Below are positions 12,148 to 22,875 of a stretch of 64,000 bases of DNA, piece by piece. The notes beneath the pieces were generated by a model, which worked only from the letters and a program-made list of their open reading frames with translations, had not been told where the DNA came from and searched no databases. The DNA is taken from the NCBI RefSeq assembly GCF_006345805.1, contig NC_042998.1, positions 28,892,001 to 28,956,000 on the forward strand. The letters run 5' to 3'. The number at the start of each line of letters is the position of its first letter. The first letter of the stretch is position 1. The translations under genes were made by a program, and so were the position numbers. The stretch is from Octopus sinensis (taxonomy: Eukaryota).

Positions 12148-12310
12148 GACGGGCTGCTTCCAGTTTCCGTCTACCAAATCCACTCACAAGGATTTGGTTG
12201 GCCCAAGGCTATAGTAGAAGATACTTGCCGAAGTTGCCACGCAATGGGACCGAACCTGGAACCCTGCAGTTGGTAAGCAAGCTACTTACCACACAGCCAC
12301 GCCTACGCTT
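11875..12310 (-). mobile_element. Family B/C SINE, full length
   Basis: Reverse-orientation copy with central (TA)n. Confidence 0.9.
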
Positions 12311-12347
12311 ATATATTTGCTGTTCACTTGCTTCAGCTTTATGAAAC

Positions 12348-12584
12348 TATTGGGTTGGTACATAATTATTGCGGCTTTTTTTTCAAACAAATTTTATTCA
12401 ACAAAATCAATAACAATATTTAACAAAGACACCTCTAAATGACAGTCTGACCGTCTGCCAAGCAAATGGGAAGTAGTAGTTGAAGTAGATGGTGACTATG
12501 CTCCAGAATAATCATTTAAAGATGTTTTTGTTGAATAAAATTTGTTGAAAAAATGCCACAATAATTATGCACCAACCAGTAATA
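12348..12584 (+). mobile_element. Mariner-type MITE retaining the last transposase codons
   Basis: TIRs TA-TTGGGTTGGTACATAATTATTGCGG / ATAATTATGCACCAACCAGTAATA (Hsmar1/MADE1-like); internal DRLPSKWEVVVEVDGDYAPE* is a mariner C-terminus. Confidence 0.85.
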
Positions 12585-12910
12585 CGATAGACAGATAAAT
12601 GAAACTTATACTATAGTCAGACAAATAAATGGAATTGAATAGTTAAATACATAAACAAAATACAGGGGATACTGATAATGCAGGTACCATACACATTCCC
12701 CCCCAACAAACACACACACATAAGCATTTCGTCTGTCTTTAAGTTCTGAGTTCAAATTCTGCCGAGGTCAGCTTTGCCTTTTATTTTTTTCAGGGTCAGT
12801 AAAACAAGTACAAGTTGTCTGTACTGTACTCCCATTTAAAATTTTAAAAAAACCCCACTTATATTGTTATAAGCAATTGTATAAAAAATTTTTTAGGTAT
12901 TTTATGATAT

Positions 12911-13281
12911 AGATGCAGGAATAGTTGTGTTGTAAGAAGCTTGCTTCCCAACCACGTGGTTCTGGGTTCAGTCCCACTGTGTAGCACCTTGGGCATCTCC
13001 TACTGTAGCTTTGGGATGACCAAATCCTTGTGTGTGGATTTGGTAGATGGAAACTGAAAGAAGCCCATCGTGTATATAAATATGTATGTATTTGTGTGAT
13101 TGTTTTTCTCCCCACCATTGCTTGACAACCAATGTTGGTGTGTTTACGTCCCCGTAACTTAGTAGTTCAGTAAAAGAGACTGACAGATGTGCCAGGCTTA
13201 CAAGGAATAAGTCATGGGATCGATTTGTTTGACTAAAGGTAGTGCTCCAGCATGGCCACTGTCAAATGACTGAAACAAGTA
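12911..13281 (+). mobile_element. Family B/C SINE, diverged
   Basis: Homologous to the other B/C copies. Confidence 0.85.
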
Positions 13282-14237
13282 ATATTGTAGAAGTACAAAG
13301 CAATTTATTGCTCATAAATTTTACCAACAGAATCTTATATGGACCCCAAAGGGTAATGTAGACCCTGGTTGAGAATCACAGATTTCTTTAAATGATTGAA
13401 TGAGAGGAATTTGTATGATCTCTTAACTTACTAACAATAAAAGCTAAATCTCTCGTGGATTACACCCCAAGCTTAAAGGAAGATTGATCTGCAACCGCAG
13501 CCATGAAAAACAGAAGAAAGGAGGAGAGAAAGAGAGTCAACCAATAGCTAACCTTTGATAAGTTTGAAAAGGGAAAAGTTCTAATAAAGACTATTGTGTC
13601 ATTTGTTAATTAAAAGAGCAGTTGAGGCTGGAAGTTATAGTCTAAAGGATAGAATTAATGCCAAAGAATAATGAATTATTTGAAAAGGAAACTCAAGAAA
13701 AGATGCTTCCAGAAATCTTCTACAAGTATCCAATATTGAATTTTTTCTCCCCTTCTTACAGGTTTTAAGAAATCTTATAAAATATTTTTTTTTTCTTTAA
13801 GCTCATTGTTGACTATTAATATAATAGTTACAATAACAATAATTTTTAATAATTTGTTTTTATATTAGCGTAATGCTTTAGGCAAGTGGGTTTCCTTGTT
13901 ATTCTTTCTGAATAAGACTGGTGGTTTCTATACAAATATCGAATCGTAATTAAACAATTAAAACACTTACAGTTATCTCCCCACAAAAAAACTAACTCAA
14001 TACATAAAGTTTAGTCTTCACTACTTCATCTTAATGCTACTTATATTAAACACTTATTTTAGTGAATCTTCCAGACAGATGTAAGTTGAAGTTGATCTTG
14101 GCACAATTTGAATGTAAACTACCCAGACATATACTTATTGTTTAGTATTATACGAAAATAAATAAGATAAACAACAAAAACACTGTCATACCATCTTAAT
14201 GTGTGTGGCTATGTTGAGGAGGGTGGGAATTTATTAT

Positions 14238-14711
14238 TTAACCCTTTTGTTACCAACCCGGCCAAAACCAGCTCTGGCTCTGTAGTACAAATGTCTTGTT
14301 TTCATAAGTTTTAAATTAAAATCTTCCAATAAAACCTTAGTCACAATTTATGTTCCTAATACTAGCTGAATGATAACTAAGTTATTTTACTAAATTCTTT
14401 GTTATATTTCAAATTAATTGAAAGAAACACAGAACATCTCAACAGAAATATGGTAACAAAAGGGTTAACAAATGATTAATTTAACCCTTTTGATACCAAT
14501 CCACCTGAAACTGCCTCTGGCTCTGTACTACAAATGTCTTGTTTTCATAAGTTTCGAATTAAAATCTTCCACCAAAACCTTAGTCACAATTTATGTTCCT
14601 AATACTTGCTGAATGATAACTGAGTTATTTTGCTAAATTCTTTGTTATATTTAAAATTAATTGAAAGAAACATGGAGCATCTCAAAATAAATACAGTAAC
14701 AAAAGGGTTAA
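14238..14711 (+). mobile_element. Tandem dimer of a TTAA/CCC (piggyBac-type) MITE
   Basis: Units 14238-14468 and 14481-14711, each TTAACCCTTTTG...CAAAAGGGTTAA; spacer CAAATGATTAAT. Confidence 0.85.
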
Positions 14712-14860
14712 ATAAGTCTAGTTATGTTGGCCCAAAACAATCTATACCCACCTTTGTGCTTCTCAAAGTCTTGTTTGTCACTTGTGGTTTTACATCTGTT
14801 TAATAAATCACAGGCATGCCTGCAGAGCAGACAGTGTAATGTGGAGGGGGCTCATTCCCT

Positions 14861-15775
14861 TAAACCTTTAGCATTTAAACCAGCTATACATGGGCCAGAT
14901 ATTTTACCTATTTTTTATTCAAATTAGCTAGATCCAGCCTCTTACACATACCTTGCCATGTCATGCTAGATGTTCTGCAAACAATTTGCACATGCAAGCG
15001 CTACCTGTCGAAAGTTCCACATACCAAAAGCCAGCAAATGTATGGGGGTCATCAGGAGAGAATGCGTGCCATTTTAGGGCCTACCTCACGACAGTATCAT
15101 TGTACACTTAACCTGAGGTCCCACTTGCTAGATCAACTGGTTATCAAATAGCTCAATATTCTTCTAGCCATTGCTCATCATTGCTTTTTAACAAAATCCA
15201 GTGGCTAGTCCTTTCCACTGTTATTTGGATATCATTCATGTTGGTATTTACTTTACGATGAATTAGGCTTAATGATAACAATTGCCTCACACTGTGTCCA
15301 ACGAATCCTCTACATCTGACTTCAATTCGAAAATGCTCTGCTTTCCAGCCTGTCTTCACATTCTTCAAGGATATTCAGATAATGGTCAATCTTTTGAACT
15401 TGAGTGGCATCCATGTTATCTTCATGAGGAACCGTTAACTTGACTAGATTCACAACTTTCTTTCTTCCACACCACATTATAATCACATCATGAAAACCCT
15501 GGAGCTTTGAGATAACGCATGATTATTTCAAAATGATGTGAATCAATGAACATTAAATTTCATCTTTAGTGTTTAAATGAACCATATCTGGCCCAAATAT
15601 TCTTCCTGTTTCGACATCCCAATCGGCCCTTTGCACCTCCCTACAGTGCCATTCTAAAAATAAACAGTCACAACATCAAAATCTCAAAGCTATGAGATAA
15701 TACAAGATTAATTCAAAACAATATGAATAAATAAGTATTTCATTTGACAGATAATCTAAATGCTAAAAGTTTAAC
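14861..15775. mobile_element. Second TTAA-type MITE family: one copy split by a LINE, plus an adjacent copy
   Basis: 14861-14963 and 15479-15560 are the two halves of the element seen at 52745-52920 and 29640-29840; another copy at about 15565-15775. Confidence 0.6.
14964..15478 (-). mobile_element. HERO-like non-LTR retrotransposon 3' end (restriction-like endonuclease plus 3' UTR)
   Basis: Minus translation LVKLTVPHEDNMDATQVQKIDHYLNILEEC / GWKAEHFRIEVRCRGFVGHSVRQLL...ERTSHWILLK resembles the ELTVP..E / GW.A....EVGCRGF RLE motif. Confidence 0.75.
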
Positions 15776-16364
15776 GCAGGTTAATGATACATCTATGAAG
15801 TCACTTGATTGACCCAAGGCCATTGTCCTCTTATGTCTCATGTCATTCCTTCTGTGTACTTTTATTTTCCATCCTTCTTCTTCTGTTTTTACCTTGTAAC
15901 CAATTCTGCAAACCACATCCTAACCATCTTTATAATTTGTCCTGTTGAACACTTCATCATCCTTGTAGCAATAATTAAAAAAAAATGAGTGCTATTATTA
16001 ATTTTTTTTATATTGGCTTCAATGCCTTGGGTCCATGTTACCATCAAAAGAATCTTTATTGTTGTTGTTATCATTAAAGCAGTGACCTGGTAGAATTGTT
16101 AGCACATTGGACAAAATGGTTAATGGCATTTCGTCTGTCGTTATGTTCTGAGTTCAAATTCTGCTGATGCTGACCTTGTCATTTGTCCTTTCGGGGCTAA
16201 AAGTATTAGTTAAGCTCTAGAGTTGATGTAACCAACTTGTCTCCTCTCTTAAAATTGATAGTCTGGCACCAGAATTTGAAACTACTACTACTACTAGGTT
16301 TTATGTATCCTGTAAATTTCTTTCAAGTTCATTTTGATGCTCTTCTTTTCAACTCTAGGCACAA

Positions 16365-16553
16365 GGCCCAAACATTTTGGGGGAAGGGGTCAGTCGATTA
16401 GATCAACATCAGTGTGCAACTGGTTATCAAATTAAATAATTTATCAACCCTGAAAGGATGAAAGGATAAAAGTCAACCTCGGTGGAATTTGAACCCAGAA
16501 TGTGAAGTCTGACGAAATACTGCCAAGCATTTTGCCTGTCGTGCTAACGTTTA
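16365..16553 (-). mobile_element. Family A SINE, diverged
   Basis: GGATGAAAGG...GTCAACCTCGGTGGAATTTGAACCCAGAA in reverse orientation. Confidence 0.8.
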
Positions 16554-16895
16554 ATGCTTTTATTATGTTGAGGGCTGTCTTGACAGTCTTTGAATATAGA
16601 TATTATTGCTATCTCTAAATTCTTTATGTTGATACGTTCTTGACTTCTTTGAGAGTAATGTTTTCATCAGAAAAGACAAGATTAATATGCTGACAAGAAG
16701 ATATTCTTTTCTTAATTTGTTTTCCGGTAGCTTTCTCTCATTTACCATCTGTTTGTAACTTCATCATCTTGTTGTCACTGTTCTCATGGTAACCATGACT
16801 TCCACTCTGCTATTATCAACATTATGTGTGTGTGTGTGTGTGTGTGCTATAACTTGGCCAAGACTAAACATTCAGAAAAAAGTAGTCAATTAGGG

Positions 16896-17056
16896 GCAAG
16901 CATAGCTGTGTAGTAAGAAGCTTGCTTTCCAACCACATGATTCTCGGTTCAGTCCCACTGTGTGGCACCCTGGACCGGTGCCATCTACTATGGCCACAGG
17001 CCAACTAAAGCCTTGTAAGTGGGTTTAGTAGATGGACACTGATAGAAGCCCATTCT
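16896..17056 (+). mobile_element. 5' half of a family B/C SINE
   Basis: Head and CORE-like segment only. Confidence 0.8.
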
Positions 17057-17343
17057 ATGGGTCAGGATTCAAGTGAACTGGTTCCTTAAATAGCAAAGCA
17101 CCTAGGTCAGGTCAATGAAATTGCTATCATATACTAAACGATAATTAGAGGAACATAACTGTACATAGCAAAGTAAACACGGATATATATTCCAGTTGCA
17201 TGTGCAATTACAAACATCTGTCTGCACCCTAAGTACAAACAATGCACCAACTGTCCGCACTCAGTAAACTCAAGATCTATGCCAATTGCAGGTTACGAGT
17301 AAGGTGAATAATAAACAAAAAGCAACAGATGGACGGTGGTTCA

Positions 17344-17438
17344 CTCACTACAGCTGTTTCAGACATGGGTTTTATTGATGAATAGGATTATTACATCATG
17401 CAAAAATAAAAAATGAAAAATCGTTTTCATCAGGTGAA
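17344..17438 (-). ncRNA. Type I hammerhead-ribozyme-like motif with palindromic stem III (probable Penelope-like terminal repeat)
   Basis: Minus strand: UUCAC-CUGAUGA-(66 nt)-GAA-ACAGCUGU-A-GUGAG; core, stem I and self-complementary stem III intact, stem II irregular. Confidence 0.55.
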
Positions 17439-18378
17439 TATATATATGAATTAAATGTTTCAAAGAAACATTCTAAGAATCCAAGAATATGCCATTTCAT
17501 GACTCTCTGGCGAAAGAAAAAAGAAAAAAATCTCAGACACTTCCCTTTCTCCAGAAGGCAAGCCAAAGAGTAAAAGACAGGAATAAATTATTGGCTGCCA
17601 CTAAACTGGTTATATGTTGGAGATAGTTTTTCAAGAGAAATATCAGTTATTTTGCTATGATTAATTATAAAATCTTCCATCTTAGTCTTTAGACTAGCTC
17701 AGACAAGTTTTCAGAAGAGACTCATTTGACATTTTTGGCTTCGTTTCACATTTATTTTGGTCCTGTTTAGGTTTGCCAGATATTGACCATAAGCGTGTTT
17801 ACTTTATCACTTTTCTTTCGACATAGCTTTGAGATTTTGTTTCTTGTTGTCTGTCTGTCTGTCTGTCTCTCTATCTATCTATCTGTGTGCATTTCCGCAT
17901 ACAGACTAGCAATCATAAATACATGCACACAAACACATACATATCTACATATGTACACAATTACGTATAAGCTATTCACAATTGTGATTCTGGGAAAACG
18001 TTATTCAACAAAGTAATCAATATGTAATTATTGCAAATGTGAAATGTGTGTGTGTTTGTGTGTGTGCATGAGTGGAAAAGAGATATTTTCCTGTGGGTTT
18101 GCTCCCTTGCTTGTAACATAAACAGGATGCAGCCTGCACTTATAACCATCTGACAGAAGATCAGCCTGGGGTTTAAAACAGTGGCAACATCGAACAGCCA
18201 TATTGATGTGGTCATTAACTTTACTTGTTTTCACCTTATCTACATTTTAAATAATTTCCTTTCTTCTGTTAGTGGTTTCTAATCTGTAAAATAAACCCTT
18301 ATATTCTAATTTAGTTGTTTTATCCATTTTATGTGGGACCCACTCTGAAATGGACCAAGAAGAAAGCCCCTCTGAACA

Positions 18379-18606
18379 GCGAGCTGGCAGAAACGTTTGC
18401 ACACCAGGCGAAATGCTTAGCAGTATTTCCTCTGCTGTTACATTCTCAGTTCAAATTCCGCCAAGGTCGACTTTGCCTTTCATCCTTTTGGAGTCGATAA
18501 AATAAGTACCAGTTACACTCTGGTGTCGATGTAATCGACTTAATCCCTTTGTCTGTTCTTGTTTGTCCCCTCTACATTTAGCCCCTTGTGGGCAATAAAG
18601 AAATAA
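18379..18606 (+). mobile_element. Family A SINE with target-site duplication
   Basis: Flanked by AGAAAG(CC/TA)CCTCTGAACA direct repeats. Confidence 0.9.
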
Positions 18607-18659
18607 GAAAGTACCTCTGAACATTTGGCAAGTTTGGGATAGTATCTATTCTAATTCCT

Positions 18660-19290
18660 CTGCAAAAGATGCTTCCCACTGCTCACGCAGTCCATCTTTT
18701 GCCAGCATCTGCTGGTATGTAGGTTCTGAATGTCATGGCTGCTAATGCATGGACATGCATCGAGGCTGTACAACCTGCAGATTTTCTTGGTCAATGAGCA
18801 GGTGTGGTGGTCTCCATTTTTAAGACATATTTTTCCACAGCTCATCTCTTTGATAAAGTTGCAGTCCTGGGTTGATAAAAGATCATGGTCTGACACCTGG
18901 AATATCATCAAGTGCTGCCTGCCCTCTACCAGTTAGACAGTGTAGTTGGTGCTGGTACCGTATAGAGAGATCTAGTGATGGGTAAGAGTGACAACATTCT
19001 TGTAAAAATTCTTGGTACTGATGAGGATCAACAAGCTGGTCCGTTTCAAAGGGCTTTGGTGCTGGGGACTACAATGAATAACTTCCAAAAACCTTTGGTT
19101 TAGTAGTGCTCCTTGGTAGGTTTGTGATAAACTCTACAGGCATGGAAACATTGCTGACAGGACTGTGCAAAATGGGTGTAAAGCAATGAAACTATGTTGT
19201 ACATACTCTTTCAGTGTCCAAGCATTGTTAACTTGTAAACTTATGTCAAACACCCATTGTCATTTGTAGGTGCTTGCTCTGGTCCTGTTT
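18660..19290 (+). mobile_element. Decayed L1/Tx1-like LINE ORF2 C-terminus (zinc-knuckle region)
   Basis: Pieced across frames: LGTDEDQQAGPFQR...NNFQKPLV / VCDKLYRHGNIADRT / SNETMLYILFQCPSIVNL*TYV resembles the L1/Tx1 C-terminal CxxC..ET..H....C region. Confidence 0.55.
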
Positions 19291-19410
19291 AAAGTTGGTA
19301 TTGAAGATTGACATTATTTTGCTCTGTAGTATATTAAATAAAAGATACCAAACATTTTCAATGAAAACCAGGACATTTCCAATTTCCAAAGCAATTTACA
19401 ACAAACTTTA

Positions 19411-19935
19411 TCATCATCACTATTATCATTATTATTATTCCTTCGTATCACAGTGTAGGTAAAAATGCACCAGAGTCTTTAGTCATCTGTCAAGTCACAA
19501 CAAGGACCTCAGACAGATAATACTTTCCTTAAGGTGTGCGCTGTGCCCAATAAGGCTGCTTTTTGCAAGACATCAATCTTGCATTGGGATTTCCATTTGC
19601 CTTAAAGAGTCTTAAAGTTTCAATGGGATTGAGCCCAATGCTCCGATCACCACTGCTATCACTTTTACATTACCCTCTGGCATTCCATACAATTCTTGCC
19701 ATTTCCACTTTCAATTCGGAGTATTTGGTGATTTTGTCAGCCTCTTTACTCACAACATTCATGTCAGTTGGTATGGCTACATCAATGATCTGACAGTATT
19801 TGTCTCTCTTTTTCAATATGGCAATATCTGGCCGACGGTGTTTGATTACACAATCTGTCTGAAATCAGTCCCAGAGTATCATTACTTTTCCATCCTCCTG
19901 CATAATTTTACTTGGTACATGCTCACACCAGTTCT
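19411..19935 (-). mobile_element. Dong/R4-like RLE non-LTR retrotransposon 3' end with (TAA)n tail
   Basis: Minus translation KVMILWD / TDCVIKHRRPDIAILKKRDKYCQIIDVAIPTDMNVVSKEADKITKYSELKVEMARIVW ... KAALLGTAHTLRKVLS is a PD-(D/E)xK RLE domain. Confidence 0.85.
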
Positions 19936-21344
19936 CTGTTACTTCATATTATTATTACTCTTCTTCTTCTTCTCATTATTATTATTCAGTAGTTTTATTT
20001 TTATAGTGTACTTTCACTTCACTACCAACCTCAGCTCTGTGTGCCTTGGGTATGTGCTGTGGTTTGCTGTGATGCTCTTATGGTTACTGTATTGAAAGTG
20101 TTTTGCATAGGATGTGTGCAGTGCCCAGTAGTGCAATTTTCTATATGTTATAATTTATTATTATTATTATTATTCACCAAGATCAACTTTGCCTGTCATT
20201 CTTTCAGGGTCGATAAATTAAGTACCAATGAAACATTGGGGATCGATGTAGTTAACTATTCCTCTCCTCCCAAATTTCAGGTCTTGTGCCTTTAGTAGGC
20301 AGGATTATTATTATTGTTATTATTATTATTATTATACATTTGGTAGTTTCAGGCAGATTTCTACTGCATCACCTGCTCCACCTCTGTGTTGCTAGGGTGT
20401 GTGCAGCATTGCGTGTTCTTTTCTGTTGGAGGAGTGTAAACTCTTCCTGGTCTGGTATTGTGTCAGTTTGGTTTTGCTATGGAGTCTGGTTGCAGTCTTT
20501 TGTTGTATTAGTGTTTGCTTTGTGTGTTGTGTGTTTAATGCAAGTTGTGTTCTTCTGTTTTGGTTATCTATCCTGTTGGTGGTTGTTTTATTTTATTGGA
20601 TTTCTTCTTCTTCTTCTTCTTCTTCTTCTCCGCCTCCTCCCCTTCCTCGCCCCTCCTCCTCCTTCTTCTTCTTCTTCTTCAATGGAATGCTTTTCTTTCT
20701 AAGTGAAGTGTTGACACTTTCTTTGTGTTCTGTTACCAGTTCTGCATTGTATTTATGGTAAACATTCTGAAATGTCAAAAGGCCCAGTGCACCTTGCCGT
20801 CGTTAACAGGTACCAAACAGAACTGTATACCACTTTAGTATTTTGTAAAGATTTGTTTGTAAAACTAGATTTCTATTATCTGATGTCTGGAATTGCCATT
20901 TTTTTGTGTTTTATTGAGATGTTCAGAGTTGAGCTTTTGTCCCATGGCGGAGAATATGTTGTGCAGTGTTGGATAATGTTACATCATTTGTACAACTTTG
21001 GGCTTTGTACAAGTAGAATAAGCAAATGAATATAATAGGATTTACTTACTCATATATAGAAGTGGTAATTGGCAGAGTTGTTAGAGGGTCAGATAGAGTG
21101 CTTTGCAGTATTTGATCTGGACTTCTGCACGCAGGTTTCAAATCTTGTAGAAGTCACCTTTGCCTTTCATCTTCCAAGGTTGATAAAGAGAAAATATGAA
21201 TCAAAGACAGTGATCGGTTGAATTGTTTGGGTGTCAGAGAAGTTGCCTTGCTGTATCTAATCCAGCTTTTGAATATTCTGAGTTCAAATCCTGCCTTCAA
21301 TAAGAAGCGGTGATGTTTCTATCAGAAGGTGCAGCTGGCAGATA

Positions 21345-21712
21345 TACTCTTTTACTTGTTTGAGTCATTTGACTGTGGCCATGCTGGAGCACCGCCATTA
21401 GTTGAGAGCAAATCGACCCCATGGCTTATTCTTTGTAAGCCTAGTACTTATTCTATCGTCTCTTTTGCCGAACCACTAAGTTACGGGGAGGTAAACACTC
21501 CAACATCGCTTGTCAGGTGATGTTGGGTGGACAAACACAGACACACAAACATATACACACACATACATATATACAACGGGCTTCTTTCAGTTTCTGTCTA
21601 CCAAATCCACTCTCAAGGCTTTGGTTGGCCCGAGGCTATAGTAAAAGATGCTTTCCCAAGGTGCCATGTGGTTGGTAAACAAGCTACTTACCACACAGCC
21701 ACTCCTATGCCT
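21345..21712 (-). mobile_element. Family B/C SINE
   Basis: Reverse-orientation copy. Confidence 0.85.
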
Positions 21713-22080
21713 ATTAATTGTTGAAATCCAATTAATATTAAAAATTAATTAAAGAAATACTTTCTTTTAATTAGGTCTATGCTGATATACACTGAAAAAC
21801 AAATGAAAAATTTACAATTTTTTTATAATTATAAAGTATAATTTTGCAGAATTGAGGCAGACAGACTCCTTAGAAACTATTTTCGCTTCCTAGTTGAAGC
21901 ATATATGTTATTTCAGCTGCTGGTATCCTTGGGAAAGGCATGAACATCACAAATTTTCAAATCTTTCTCTACTAAAATATTTTATGATGTCATTAGCATT
22001 CATAAACTTTCAAGAAGACATGAAATATACTTTTATGAATCAGTAGAGCTTGAAGCACATAATACTATAAATAATAGCAT

Positions 22081-22588
22081 ACCGGCATGGAGTCCAGACA
22101 GCCGCTCTGGCAACGATCACGCTCGGGTAGTGTTCTTAATACCCTACTAGCATGGGGCTCAAGTGCCAGTAAGGTGATGCTGGTAACGATCATGCTTGAA
22201 TGGAAAAAAACATCATGTCTATGGGAGATGTGAGTTTATATCCAATGAGCAGCCTTAAACTTTTTGAATCCAAAAGGGTTTATCATCATCATCATCATCA
22301 TCGTTTAACGTCCGTTCTCCATGCTAACCGTCCAACCCATGCTAGCATGGAGAACGGACGTTAAACGATGATGATGATGATGATGACAAACCCTTTTGGA
22401 TTCAAAAAGTTTAAGGCTGCTCATTGGATATAAACTCACATCTCCCATAGACATGATGTTTTTTTCCATTCAAGCATGATCGTTACCAGCATCACCTTAC
22501 TGGCACTTGAGCCCCATGCTAGTAGGGTATTAAGAACACTACCCGAGCGTGATCGTTGCCAGAGTGGCTGTCTGGACTCCATGCTGGT
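22081..22588. repeat. Near-perfect palindrome with 246-bp arms and a 16-nt loop
   Basis: 22081-22326 versus the reverse complement of 22343-22588: 3 mismatches by manual alignment. Confidence 0.95.
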
Positions 22589-22875
22589 GGCACCGAAACG
22601 ACACCGTTCGAGCATGATCATTACCAGCATCGCCTTACTGGCACCTGTGCTGGTGGCATGTGTAAAAGATTTGAGCGAGGTCATTGCCAGAACCGCCTGA
22701 CTGGCCCCGTGCCGGTGGCATGTGAAAGCACCCACTACACTCTCGGAGTAGTTGGCATTAGGAAGGGCATCCAGCTGTAGAAGCTCTGCCAGATCAGATT
22801 GGAGTCTGGTTCGCCAGTCCTCAATCAAACCGTCCAACCCATGCTAGCATGGAAAGCGGACGTTAAATGATGATA
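22465..22875 (+). mobile_element. Family D retroposon
   Basis: Internal modules plus GGCATTAGGAAGGGCATCCAGCTGTAG...CCATGCTAGCATGGAAAGCGGACGTTAAATGATGAT. Confidence 0.85.
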
